A stretch of 48,311 nucleotides of DNA from an uncultured Candidatus Saccharibacteria bacterium (GCA_965230925.1 OZ246403.1:596230-644540); one strand, 5' to 3'; counted from the stretch's first letter, positions 1 through 7,534 are shown. Numbers and translations are program-made. Notes: generated from the letters alone by a model not told the origin.

Positions 1-1
1 A

Positions 2-61
2 GGTGTGCGCATTATGAAAGTCCGCGACGGCGACACCCTCGCCTCGATGGTGTGTCTCTAG
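2..61 (+). CDS. 3' end of an upstream CDS (partial; product not callable)
   Basis: Frame 2 is open from the window edge to TAG at 59-61. The tail GVRIMKVRDGDTLASMVCL resembles a GyrA/ParC C-terminal beta-pinwheel blade, but it is far too short to assign. Confidence 0.25.
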   Translation, partial: GVRIMKVRDGDTLASMVCL

Positions 62-104
62 GTTTTCCCTTTTAGCTAAGAGCGTTCGGCGGTACAATGA
101 TCAC

Positions 105-635
105 ATGGCTTTTTCCGCGCCGGCAAATAATCTCATTCACTTCGGTCTTGAGCCGGGGATGACCGTGGTCGATCTTGGTGCCGGAAGCGGTGCTTATACG
201 TTTGAAATAGCGAAGTTAATCGGCAGCGGTCGGGTGTACGCGGTGGATGTGCAGAAAGATTTGCTCGCTAAACTTGCGGCGGAAGCCCGAGCAAGACATC
301 TTGCTAATGTTGAGATTATTTGGGGAGATGTGGAGAAGTCTGGAGGGACGAAGCTGCGTGACAATATTGCTCACCTTGTCCTCCTTTCCAACTTGCTTTT
401 CCAGGTCGTGGGCAAATATACTATGGCGTTGGAGATTAAGCGGATTTTGCGTCCGGGCGGTCGCCTGGCACTCATTGATTGGACCGATTCCTTCGCTGGT
501 CTTGGGCCGCGGGCTGACCAAGTGGTGACTGCCCCTGCTGCCACCACTATTTTCCACGAGGCGGGATTTAAAGAAATAAAAAGTTTTCCCGCCGGGGATC
601 ACCATTACGGTCTTCTGTTCGAAAAACCAAATTAA
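105..635 (+). CDS. class I SAM-dependent methyltransferase
   Basis: Glycine-rich SAM motif VVDLGAGSGAYT, acidic residue after beta-2 (VYAVDV) and LRPGGRLALIDW. 176 aa. Confidence 0.8.
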   Translation: MAFSAPANNLIHFGLEPGMTVVDLGAGSGAYTFEIAKLIGSGRVYAVDVQKDLLAKLAAEARARHLANVEIIWGDVEKSGGTKLRDNIAHLVLLSNLLFQVVGKYTMALEIKRILRPGGRLALIDWTDSFAGLGPRADQVVTAPAATTIFHEAGFKEIKSFPAGDHHYGLLFEKPN

Positions 636-647
636 CTTTGTAACGGG

Positions 648-1982
648 ATGAACAATTTTCAAACCATTGCTCTAATCGGACTTATTTTTCTCCTGGTGGT
701 AGGGGTTTTAATTTTTGCTGGAGTTTTGCCTGGATTTCGCGGTCAGCCGGGTGGGGAAGTGGGAACGGTGACGGTTTGGGGTACGGTTCCGCAGGCAGCA
801 GTGGCCTCAGCCCTTGAGACTTTCAATAATCAACACAAGACGGAAGTGCAGGTAAATTATGTAGCCAAGAACCCGGCTCGATATGAGGAGGAACTTATTG
901 AGGCTCTGGCCTCACTTCGCGGACCGGACCTCTTTTTCTTACCTCATGATTGGACGCGGAAGCAGGGCGATAAGGTCGTGGCACATCGATATGAAGAACT
1001 TCCTCTTGCTGACTTCAAAACCGCTTTTCTTGAAGAAGGGAATCTCTTTCTCAGTGGCTCTGGTGCCCTCGCTTTGCCGCTCTATGTTGACCCTCTCGTT
1101 CTCTTTTACAATAAAGACATGCTCGCGAGCGCTGGGCTTACGCAACCGCCAACCACTTGGACGCGGGTAAAGACCGATATCGCCGGCCTCACTCGCTTCG
1201 ACGAGCGTCACAATATTCTTGAAAGTGCGGTGGCGCTCGGCCAATTTGAAAACGTGGCGCACGCCAAAGATATTCTCGCGGCGCTACTTTTCCAAGCCGG
1301 CAACCCAATTGTCTCCGTGATCAATAATACGCCGCGAGTGGTACTCCAGAGTAATTTTGGTTTTCTCTCACCGCCGGCTATTCGCGTAGTCGACTTTTTT
1401 AATCAATTCTCTAATCCTTCTGCCGCTACTTATTCTTGGAATCGTTCGCTACCCGAAGCGCTGAATGCTTTTTCGGCCGGACACTTAGCCTACTACTTTG
1501 GTTATGCCAGTGAACTTTCTCGCCTTCGCCAGCTTAATCCGCATCTTAACTTCGACGTGGCTCTCTTGCCGCAGAAGGATGAGGGGCCGAAGATTACCTA
1601 CGGCCGGCTCACAGGTCTCGCTGTCAGTCGCCAGTCACGCAAGCTAGAAGGGGCTAAGCTTGCCGCGAAGCTTCTTACGGGTCTTGGCACGCCAAAGTCA
1701 CCGGGTGGGGGTGGCACGGACTTTGTGAAGGCTCTTAGCAGTAATCTTGGCCTACCTCCTGCTCGCCGCGACTTGCTTACGGCGCGGCCAGTTGATCCCG
1801 CCCTCGATATTTTCTATCGCTCGGCAATTATTGCCCGTGGTTGGCTTGATCCGGATCCCGAAGCCACAAAAACCATTTTTCGTAATATAATTGAAACCAC
1901 CATTACCGGTCGCACCGACACTCAAACGGCGGTGGGCGAGGCGGCAGTGGAACTTGCCGCCGTCTTAGATCCTGCATCATGA
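648..1982 (+). CDS. membrane-anchored extracellular solute-binding protein (family-1 SBP-like)
   Basis: N-terminal TM anchor IALIGLIFLLVVGVLIFAGVL. The stretch PLVLFYNKDMLASAGLTQPPTTWTRV matches the SBP_bac_1 pattern (YNKD..aGl..PP.TW). No ABC permease or ATPase gene lies adjacent. Confidence 0.65.
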   Translation: MNNFQTIALIGLIFLLVVGVLIFAGVLPGFRGQPGGEVGTVTVWGTVPQAAVASALETFNNQHKTEVQVNYVAKNPARYEEELIEALASLRGPDLFFLPHDWTRKQGDKVVAHRYEELPLADFKTAFLEEGNLFLSGSGALALPLYVDPLVLFYNKDMLASAGLTQPPTTWTRVKTDIAGLTRFDERHNILESAVALGQFENVAHAKDILAALLFQAGNPIVSVINNTPRVVLQSNFGFLSPPAIRVVDFFNQFSNPSAATYSWNRSLPEALNAFSAGHLAYYFGYASELSRLRQLNPHLNFDVALLPQKDEGPKITYGRLTGLAVSRQSRKLEGAKLAAKLLTGLGTPKSPGGGGTDFVKALSSNLGLPPARRDLLTARPVDPALDIFYRSAIIARGWLDPDPEATKTIFRNIIETTITGRTDTQTAVGEAAVELAAVLDPAS

Positions 1983-2785
1983 AAAAATTTATAATCATTT
2001 TATTAGTTCTCGGATGTTTCTTGCCCACCTTTGCCTCGGCACAGATTTTTCCCAATGGCCTAATTCCTTGTGGTCAAACTGATCCTGTTACTCACACGGT
2101 ATTAAAAAAAGACCAGTGTGATTTTAATGACTTTCTTCAGCTTATTTATAATATTATTTGGTTTTTGGTTTATGCTCTCGCTGTGCCATTGGCCACCATC
2201 TCCATTCTCTGGGCTGGTATTCTCTATGTGTATTCGGCTCAAGATCCTGGCAAGCGCAATGAGGCTAAGAAGATTATCCACGCCGCCATCTGGGGTTTGG
2301 TCATCGCTCTTGCCGCGCAGCTCATCGTCGGTTCTGTGCTCAAGCTTCTCATTCGCCCCGGCGCTGGCGTAGAGATTCCGGTACCACAATCGTTTCTTAG
2401 AATAGAAACATTGTATGCTCAAGAAACAGAAAACCACGACGAAGAATATTATCCTGGAACAACTGAAGATGATGATCCCCCTCCAGCTCCTGCGGTGCCG
2501 CCTCCACTACCTCCAACAAACGTTAATTTTCAAATTCTTAAGTGGGACAGCATAGAAGAACTCATTGTCGGTCTGGTGGGCTTAGTACTTCAGGTAGCCT
2601 GGCCGCTCCTTATTATCGCCATCATTTATGTCGGCTTCCTCTTCGTTGCGGCTCAAGGTAATGACGGTAAACTTAAAGAAGCAAAAGAGGCGGCTAAATA
2701 TACTCTTATTGGCGCTGCCATTATTGTGGGCGCGGAGGTAATTATGGCGGGGATTAAGGCGACTATTAAAAGTTTAGGCGGTTAA
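1979..2785 (+). CDS. tandem-domain VirB2/TrbC-like (T4SS-pilin-type) membrane protein
   Basis: Signal peptide and a Cys pair (LIPCGQ...DQCDF). Two copies of a helix / short charged loop / helix module (WAGILYVYSAQDPGKRNEAKKIIHAAIWGLVIALAA and IIYVGFLFVAAQGNDGKLKEAKEAAKYTLIGAAIIVGA) are joined by the Pro-rich linker DDDPPPAPAVPPPLPPTN. An ATGA overlap couples it to the upstream SBP gene. Confidence 0.55.
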   Translation: MKKFIIILLVLGCFLPTFASAQIFPNGLIPCGQTDPVTHTVLKKDQCDFNDFLQLIYNIIWFLVYALAVPLATISILWAGILYVYSAQDPGKRNEAKKIIHAAIWGLVIALAAQLIVGSVLKLLIRPGAGVEIPVPQSFLRIETLYAQETENHDEEYYPGTTEDDDPPPAPAVPPPLPPTNVNFQILKWDSIEELIVGLVGLVLQVAWPLLIIAIIYVGFLFVAAQGNDGKLKEAKEAAKYTLIGAAIIVGAEVIMAGIKATIKSLGG

Positions 2786-2800
2786 GGTATAATCTACAAT

Positions 2801-3262
2801 ATGAAAATTTCTAAAATATATTATTTGGTGCTTGCCCCGTTTCTTTTCTTTTCTGCTGCCTTAGCCACCCATGCCCAAGGTAAAGATTTTCAGTACCTTA
2901 TCGAGTCTGTGATCATTGGCCGAGTGTTGAAGCCGATTATTGTGCTTATTGGGGCAATTGCCGTGGTGTACTTCCTTCTTGGGGTGCTTAAGTATATTCG
3001 AGCAGGTAGCGAGGGGAATGTGGCCGAAGCGATTCATATGATTACTTGGGGAATTGTCGCTCTCTTTGTGATGGGCGCCTTCTACGGTCTCATTGAGGTG
3101 GTAGATCGTACCCTCCAGCTTGATAATAATACTGTGGGGCCACCGAGTGTGGGTAATTCTTCGGGCGGTACCATTTCTGACCAGTTTAGAAATGATGGCA
3201 CCATTTTCCCTAATAACGGTAGTGGCTTTAATCCCGATCAGCCCGTAGACCTAAGCCTCTAA
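2801..3262 (+). CDS. VirB2/TrbC-like small membrane protein (paralog 2)
   Basis: Signal peptide, then the two-helix module AVVYFLLGVLKYIRAGSEGNVAEAIHMITWGIVALFVMGAFYGLIEVV and a Gly/Asn-rich tail. Confidence 0.55.
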   Translation: MKISKIYYLVLAPFLFFSAALATHAQGKDFQYLIESVIIGRVLKPIIVLIGAIAVVYFLLGVLKYIRAGSEGNVAEAIHMITWGIVALFVMGAFYGLIEVVDRTLQLDNNTVGPPSVGNSSGGTISDQFRNDGTIFPNNGSGFNPDQPVDLSL

Positions 3263-3355
3263 TTCTAATTCACAGCTTGATTTTGCTCATAGTCTTAGAT
3301 TAGTTATACTTCCTTCATCGGTCGTCAGAATTTATTAAAAATTTATTAAAAATCA

Positions 3356-3709
3356 ATGTTAAAGAAGTTCAAGTTTCTCCCTTATTTGGCGCTTACCCTC
3401 CCTTTCGTGGCGGGAGCCCAGCAGACGGTTCAGGGTCTTGGTGACCTAGCTTTCGATATTATCGAGAAATATGTCATCCCAATTATCTTTGCTATCGCCT
3501 TCATCTACTTCCTCCTCGGCGTACTCAAGTATGTTCGCTCAGGTGGAGATGGTGATGCTCGCACCGAGGCGCGCAATATGATGCTCTACGGTATCATTGC
3601 TCTCTTCGTGATGAGCGCGGTGTGGGGTCTGGTTCAGGTTTTGGCCGACACAGTAGAAATTGATACAGGTGACGGCGGGACGGGCATTATTCCTGGTCTC
3701 CCAGAGTAA
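3356..3709 (+). CDS. VirB2/TrbC-like small membrane protein (paralog 3)
   Basis: Signal peptide ending VAGAQQ. The module AFIYFLLGVLKYVRSGGDGDARTEARNMMLYGIIALFVMSAVWGLVQVL is clearly paralogous to 2801-3262. Confidence 0.55.
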   Translation: MLKKFKFLPYLALTLPFVAGAQQTVQGLGDLAFDIIEKYVIPIIFAIAFIYFLLGVLKYVRSGGDGDARTEARNMMLYGIIALFVMSAVWGLVQVLADTVEIDTGDGGTGIIPGLPE

Positions 3710-3712
3710 TAA

Positions 3713-3961
3713 GTGGAAACGATCCCTCTCCTCGAGAAGGTGAAGAGCGTGATTCTTGACCCTATCATCGGCCTTCTCTGGTTCTTGGCTCTCGCTTACT
3801 TCTTCTATGGCTTGTTTGAGTTTATTAGGCACGCCGACGATAGTGGAGCGCGAGAGACCGGGAGGCAACACTTGATCTGGGGAGTCATTGGACTTTTCAT
3901 TATGACGGGAGTGTTTGGACTCATTCGCTTAGTCTGTTACTCTGTCGGAGCGACTTGCTAG
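3713..3961 (+). CDS. VirB2/TrbC-like small membrane protein (paralog 4, no signal peptide, GTG start)
   Basis: Module LALAYFFYGLFEFIRHADDSGARETGRQHLIWGVIGLFIMTGVFGLIRLV. It starts 4 nt after the previous stop. The GTG start and lack of a clear RBS lower confidence. Confidence 0.45.
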   Translation: METIPLLEKVKSVILDPIIGLLWFLALAYFFYGLFEFIRHADDSGARETGRQHLIWGVIGLFIMTGVFGLIRLVCYSVGATC

Positions 3962-3973
3962 AATTCTCAAGAG

Positions 3974-4021
3974 AAAAAAAAGAGGACCGGTCGTGGCTTG
4001 CGCCGACGATCGGTCCTTTTG
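3974..4021. terminator. bidirectional rho-independent terminator between convergent genes
   Basis: A-run (3974-3981), stem AGGACCG...CGGTCCT (3983-3989 / 4011-4017) with inner GTCG/CGAC pairing, then a T-run. It sits between the + stop at 3961 and the - stop at 4045. Confidence 0.6.
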
Positions 4022-4044
4022 GTTTGCACTATGTTTTCTTTGAA

Positions 4045-4902
4045 TTATCCTGCCGATTCGTACCATCGTACGGTAATCGGTTGATCCCCGGCGTTTTCAA
4101 TCCGCCAAGGGAAGGAGTTGAGAGGTGCGGGGAAGTTGCAATTTCTTGTTCCCTTCCCTTCCTCTTCCACTCCCGGCTCCGTTTTTGGAGCATTTCTCTC
4201 CTTTGCGAGATAGGGAGTTCCTTTGTTGTTCTTGTCCCGTTTTTTCCAGTTTGTCCGGTATTCTTTATAGTGAACCCCGGATGGTTCAACCGTATACCAG
4301 AAGGCCTCAGTTTTTGGTGCGTTCGGTATCTCGAGTTGTTCCCCTGGAGCAAGAGTTTGGTGGTATGGCATATTCGCTGCCCGCGACGGATGATATTCTT
4401 CCATCGCATTCAGATCTTTCGGCGGCGCCTTGGTAGGATCGTCGAATTTCCGTGATGCCACTGGAGGCGGTTCTAGGCCCATTTCGGTTGGAGCCTCGGT
4501 TGGGGCACTTTCCTCTGTCGGATCCGACGATTTTGCAACCGAACCCGATGTTGTCACCAGAACAGGCGTAATCACTCGTTCCGATTTTGCTCCAACTGGG
4601 GGAATCGAGCGATCCGCTCGGTGGATCTTGGCGGAGGGGGGAATAGTCCTATCGGCACTTTTTCCTCCTCCCGAACTCCAATTCCACGGCCGCGATGCCG
4701 GGACCAGCCAGAAAGTTATTCCGGCTGCCCCTAGGGCGAGAATCGCTACTTTCCACCCCCATTTCTTTTTCATCCATGTGGCGGAAGATGTGGCCCATCC
4801 TTTGAGCCTAGCTCGGAAGAATGCCAAGATCCCGATTATTACCGCTATCGCGGAGAAGATTCCTACAACTGTCCATTCGGTCGTCGTAAACGCTAATATC
4901 AT
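4045..4902 (-). CDS. hypothetical membrane protein (2 N-terminal TM helices, Pro/Ser-rich linker, C-terminal domain)
   Basis: Longest ORF in the region, at 285 aa. TM helices WTVVGIFSAIAVIIGILAFF and VAILALGAAGITFWLV. Short internal repeat ADRTIPP / ADRSIPP. It begins 12 nt downstream of the SPFH gene on the same strand. No recognisable family. Confidence 0.5.
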   Translation of the reverse strand: MILAFTTTEWTVVGIFSAIAVIIGILAFFRARLKGWATSSATWMKKKWGWKVAILALGAAGITFWLVPASRPWNWSSGGGKSADRTIPPSAKIHRADRSIPPVGAKSERVITPVLVTTSGSVAKSSDPTEESAPTEAPTEMGLEPPPVASRKFDDPTKAPPKDLNAMEEYHPSRAANMPYHQTLAPGEQLEIPNAPKTEAFWYTVEPSGVHYKEYRTNWKKRDKNNKGTPYLAKERNAPKTEPGVEEEGKGTRNCNFPAPLNSFPWRIENAGDQPITVRWYESAG

Positions 4903-4913
4903 TTTCCTTCCTT

Positions 4914-5885
4914 TCAGTTTTGGTTGATGTCTAGGGTCTTTACGATCCCGCTCATGCTAGGAGCAACCAAAGTTATGTTTGCTCCTGTTTCTTTGATTGC
5001 GGCGAAGCTTGTTTGTTCCCTGAACAGATTCATCGCCTGCTCAATAGAGAAGTTCTCGTTTCCGGATACTTTTCGTATTTTTGCTTGAATAGCCAACGGG
5101 CCATTAGCATAGCCTTCAGCAAGGCTTACTAGCTTGTCAGCTTCAGCCTTACCCTCGAGCTTTTTGTTTCGGATCGCTTCCTGCTCTGGCGTTAATCCGA
5201 TATCGGTCAGAATGAATCCATTAGTGTCCTCTTGAAGAACTCCAATTTCTTTCAAGCTATCGACGATGCCTTGGTCGATTTGGATATTACTTGCGATATC
5301 CTTTAGGTTACCGCTTGCTTCGTCTATTGTTTTCCGTTGAAGAGTGGGGCGCAGGCTTCCATCGAAGACTTCCTCAATTCTCCCTTCAGGATCATCAAGG
5401 ACGTATGTCCAACGCATTTCTGCGTCGATTATCTTTGGGTTTACTCTATACCAGACTTCAGCCTTAACTGGAGCTGATCCATCAAGGAAGTCAATCTTAT
5501 TGTTCTTCTCGTCCCTATAAAGAACGATTTTGTGGGCTTTGTAATCTCCTTTTTTTACAATTTGATCCACAAGGCCCGGTATGCACAGTAGGCGTGGCCC
5601 ACCTTTTTTGATCGAGTAGAACTCGCTCAGTCTCTCAACAACCAAGAAGTCATTGGGAGCAACGAAGGTGAGGCCCAGCCCTCCGTAAAGGGCCAGTGAC
5701 AAAACAACTCCACAGATGACTCTCACGGAATGACTGATGTCTAACCACGCGGTTAAAATTTCCATCAGACCAATCAAGAGAAGGCAGATAAAAAAGAAAA
5801 CGGTGATACTCACTAGAGCTCCCTTTGTTTTCCCCATCCGCTTGATGGTATCAATATCGACGACGTTTCTTGGTTGTGTTGCCAT
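4914..5885 (-). CDS. SPFH / band-7 (stomatin-prohibitin-flotillin-like) membrane protein
   Basis: Two N-terminal TM helices, then FLVVERLSEFYSIKKGGPRLLCIPGLVDQIV...APVKAEVWYRVNP, which fits the SPFH core pattern (VvER.gkf....pGl.f..P..d.i). The C-terminus is Ala/Glu/Lys-rich and helical (EQEAIRNKKLEGKAEADKLVSLAEG). RBS GAGGA lies upstream. Confidence 0.6.
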   Translation of the reverse strand: MATQPRNVVDIDTIKRMGKTKGALVSITVFFFICLLLIGLMEILTAWLDISHSVRVICGVVLSLALYGGLGLTFVAPNDFLVVERLSEFYSIKKGGPRLLCIPGLVDQIVKKGDYKAHKIVLYRDEKNNKIDFLDGSAPVKAEVWYRVNPKIIDAEMRWTYVLDDPEGRIEEVFDGSLRPTLQRKTIDEASGNLKDIASNIQIDQGIVDSLKEIGVLQEDTNGFILTDIGLTPEQEAIRNKKLEGKAEADKLVSLAEGYANGPLAIQAKIRKVSGNENFSIEQAMNLFREQTSFAAIKETGANITLVAPSMSGIVKTLDINQN

Positions 5886-5975
5886 AACGAATATCCTCTG
5901 GGCCCAAGGCCCGGCTTAACTCTTATTTGGTATTCAGTTGTCAAACAACGTTCGTGGTTACTATAGCATATATAA

Positions 5976-6016
5976 TATAAAAAATCAAGCCCACCAGAAT
6001 GTTTCATCTGATGGGC
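5976..6016 (-). terminator. rho-independent terminator after the 6049-6705 gene
   Basis: On the minus strand the stem GCCCATCAGA / TCTGGTGGGC (one mismatch) is followed by TTGATTTTTTAT. Confidence 0.55.
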
Positions 6017-6048
6017 CGTTTTGTGCCTCTACTGAGCCGTTTCCTGAA

Positions 6049-6705
6049 CTATTTTGGGACGAGGCTCACATCCCGAATAGTTTGACCGTTTTTCGTCCTA
6101 AGACGAACGCCTTTGTCGTCTCGTGAAAACTCGATATTCTCGAGATCGCTGTCTTTCGGCGGAAAGATCTCTATTTCGATCTCCGGCCTTACAGCAATGA
6201 CGTCCGTCCACTTGGGCGAGACATCTCCCGTGAAGATCGGCTCCTTTCCGATCTTCGCAGGCGCTTGTTCGGTGATAGTCTCGCTTGCGACCGCTGTCGT
6301 CGGAGCGACGATCGGAGTTCCTTGGACGGGAGTGTTTTTTTGCAGCGAGTCGCTGATTATAAATGACCCCGCCAGGACACTCAGGGCGACAAGAATAAAC
6401 CCCCCAACCACCACCCAAGTAAGTTTCCACAGTAGTTCCTCCGTTGTCTCAGCTATTTCACCGGAGACCTTCGTGTTTCTCTCGATGGCACCCAGGAAGG
6501 CATGTGTCGGTTCAATTTGCGGTTGATGATCGATTTCTGCTTCCCTAAGGCGGTCAGCCTCGCTACGGTCATCCGTGACGTTCGTGAGAGGCGGGTCGTT
6601 GAATATCTCATTGAGGAGCTGGGTATCAATTTTTCTACACTCAGGTTGACCTTCGGTTGCTTCGTCTCGAACAGCAGCGGTCGGTTCCGTTACGTCTTTC
6701 GCCAT
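6049..6705 (-). CDS. hypothetical bitopic membrane protein (acidic N-terminal half, one TM, ~95-aa extracytoplasmic C-terminus)
   Basis: 218-aa ORF with RBS AGGAG 9 nt upstream, its own promoter and its own terminator. TM helix LTWVVVGGFILVALSVLAGSFII. No recognisable family. Confidence 0.5.
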   Translation of the reverse strand: MAKDVTEPTAAVRDEATEGQPECRKIDTQLLNEIFNDPPLTNVTDDRSEADRLREAEIDHQPQIEPTHAFLGAIERNTKVSGEIAETTEELLWKLTWVVVGGFILVALSVLAGSFIISDSLQKNTPVQGTPIVAPTTAVASETITEQAPAKIGKEPIFTGDVSPKWTDVIAVRPEIEIEIFPPKDSDLENIEFSRDDKGVRLRTKNGQTIRDVSLVPK

Positions 6706-6789
6706 GGCATCTATCTCCTAAATAACTTAGATCAAGTTTCTGTAAAGCAGGTGGGATACACCCCACCATGCGCTTTTTGTCTGCCATAA

Positions 6790-6818
6790 TTACTAGCATA
6801 TAGCTAGAAAATAGTCAA
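6790..6818 (-). promoter_or_regulatory. sigma70-like promoter for the 6049-6705 gene
   Basis: Minus strand reads TTGACT (6818-6813), a 17-nt spacer, then TAGTAA (6795-6790). A 5'-UTR hairpin GGTGGG/CCCACC lies at 6750-6767. Confidence 0.5.
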
Positions 6819-6828
6819 GTTTTAGAGG

Positions 6829-6912
6829 TGCTGGGGAGAGGACTTGAACCTCCACGAGCTTGCGCTCACAAGCTCCTAAGGCTTGCGCGTCTGCCAATTT
6901 CGCCACCCCAGC
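6829..6912 (-). tRNA. tRNA-Leu (anticodon UAG)
   Basis: Hand-folded. Acceptor GCTGGGG/CCCCAGC, anticodon arm CAAGC-CTTAGGA-GCTTG, long variable arm, T-loop TTCAAGT. CCA is not fully encoded. Confidence 0.85.
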
Positions 6913-6929
6913 AATGTGTTTTTTCCTAG

Positions 6930-7002
6930 TCCGCCCAGAGGGAGTCGAACCCCCGACCGTACGCTTAAGAGGCGTCTGCTCTACCAACTGAGCTATGGGC
7001 GG
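6930..7002 (-). tRNA. tRNA-Lys (anticodon CUU)
   Basis: Hand-folded. Acceptor CCGCCCA/TGGGCGG, D-arm GCTC-AGTTGGTA-GAGC, anticodon loop CTCTTAA, T-loop TTCGACT. No CCA is encoded. Confidence 0.85.
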
Positions 7003-7261
7003 ATATATAATTCTTTATAAATTCACGGCCACGGAAACTTTTCAATTCTTTTTCTCTTTTCATTGCCCCACTCCGGCCGCTAAAGTTTTCCTGGTAAACC
7101 ACTTCCCACCTTCCGTTTCCGCTATTTTTGTGAGTAAAGGCAGATTTTTTACTGGGCAATTCTTTGTTGTGGCGCCTCAGCCTATTTTCTAAGTCCGAAG
7201 TCTGGCCAATGTAAATTTTGTCTGTCTCGTTATTTTTTATCACATAAACGACGAAATTCAT
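6965..7261 (-). CDS. GIY-YIG nuclease family protein (small YhbQ/UPF0213-like type)
   Basis: VVYVIKNNETDKIYIGQTSDLENRLRRHN carries the GIY...YIG motifs and the conserved Arg. A downstream E..LK helix (AMKREKELKSFRGREFIKNYI) follows. The last ~12 codons and the TAA stop lie inside the tRNA-Lys gene. Confidence 0.75.
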   Translation of the reverse strand: MNFVVYVIKNNETDKIYIGQTSDLENRLRRHNKELPSKKSAFTHKNSGNGRWEVVYQENFSGRSGAMKREKELKSFRGREFIKNYISAHSSVGRADAS

Positions 7262-7268
7262 AGGGTAA

Positions 7269-7318
7269 ACGCTTAAGAGTCCGCCAGCTGGCGGATCTAC
7301 CCTGAGCTATGGGCGGAT
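7269..7318 (-). pseudogene. 5'-partial tRNA-Lys(CUU) pseudo-copy (acceptor 5' strand to anticodon loop)
   Basis: 7302-7318 repeats 6988-7004 (17 nt, ATCCGCCCATAGCTCAG in tRNA sense). 7269-7279 repeats 6961-6971 (11 nt, CTCTTAAGCGT, including the anticodon loop). The anticodon-stem 5' strand is replaced by the 16-nt palindrome TCCGCCAGCTGGCGGA. No T-arm or 3' acceptor strand is present. Confidence 0.7.
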
Positions 7319-7352
7319 AATAATTTTTATCACAAAAATCAATCGATTTCTA

Positions 7353-7437
7353 TGGTGCCCGGGGTGGGAATCGAACCCACATCCCTTGCGAGACACGATT
7401 TTAAGTCGTGCGCGTATACCAGTTCCGCCACCCGGGC
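7353..7437 (-). tRNA. tRNA-Leu (anticodon UAA), CCA encoded
   Basis: Acceptor GCCCGGG/CCCGGGC, anticodon arm CACGA-CTTAAAA-TCGTG, long variable arm, T-loop TTCGATT, 3' ACCA. Confidence 0.9.
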
Positions 7438-7462
7438 AAAATATTTTTTCAAAACTACCGAG

Positions 7463-7534
7463 AGGCCTGGGCGAGAATCGCACTCGCGTATAACTCTTTT
7501 GCAGAGAGTTGCCTTACTACTTGGCTACCAGGCC
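7463..7534 (-). tRNA. tRNA-Cys (anticodon GCA)
   Basis: Acceptor GGCCTGG/CCAGGCC, anticodon arm ACTCT-CTGCAAA-AGAGT, T-arm GCGAG-TGCGATT-CTCGC, discriminator U as expected for Cys. Confidence 0.85.

Noticed and set aside
3329-3350. Tandem 11-nt repeat AATTTATTAAA x2 just upstream of the third pilin-like gene.
   Set aside because: It is only two copies in an AT-rich leader, with no further copies noticed elsewhere. It is most simply an AT-rich promoter or UTR tract.
3955-4927. + strand ORFs 3955-4455 (166 aa) and 4430-4927 (165 aa).
   Set aside because: Both lie opposite the longer 285-aa minus-strand ORF, which is co-oriented with and tightly spaced to the SPFH gene. The first would also have to read through the bidirectional terminator at 3974-4021.
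3962-6912. Genomic island integrated into the 3' end of tRNA-Leu(UAG).
   Set aside because: I looked for a direct repeat of the tRNA 3' end (GGTGCTGGGGAGAGGACTTGAACC) near the distal boundary at about 3960-4045 and found none. There is no integrase or recombinase gene, and no obvious compositional break by eye. The block is reported only as an accessory-looking module, not as a mobile element.
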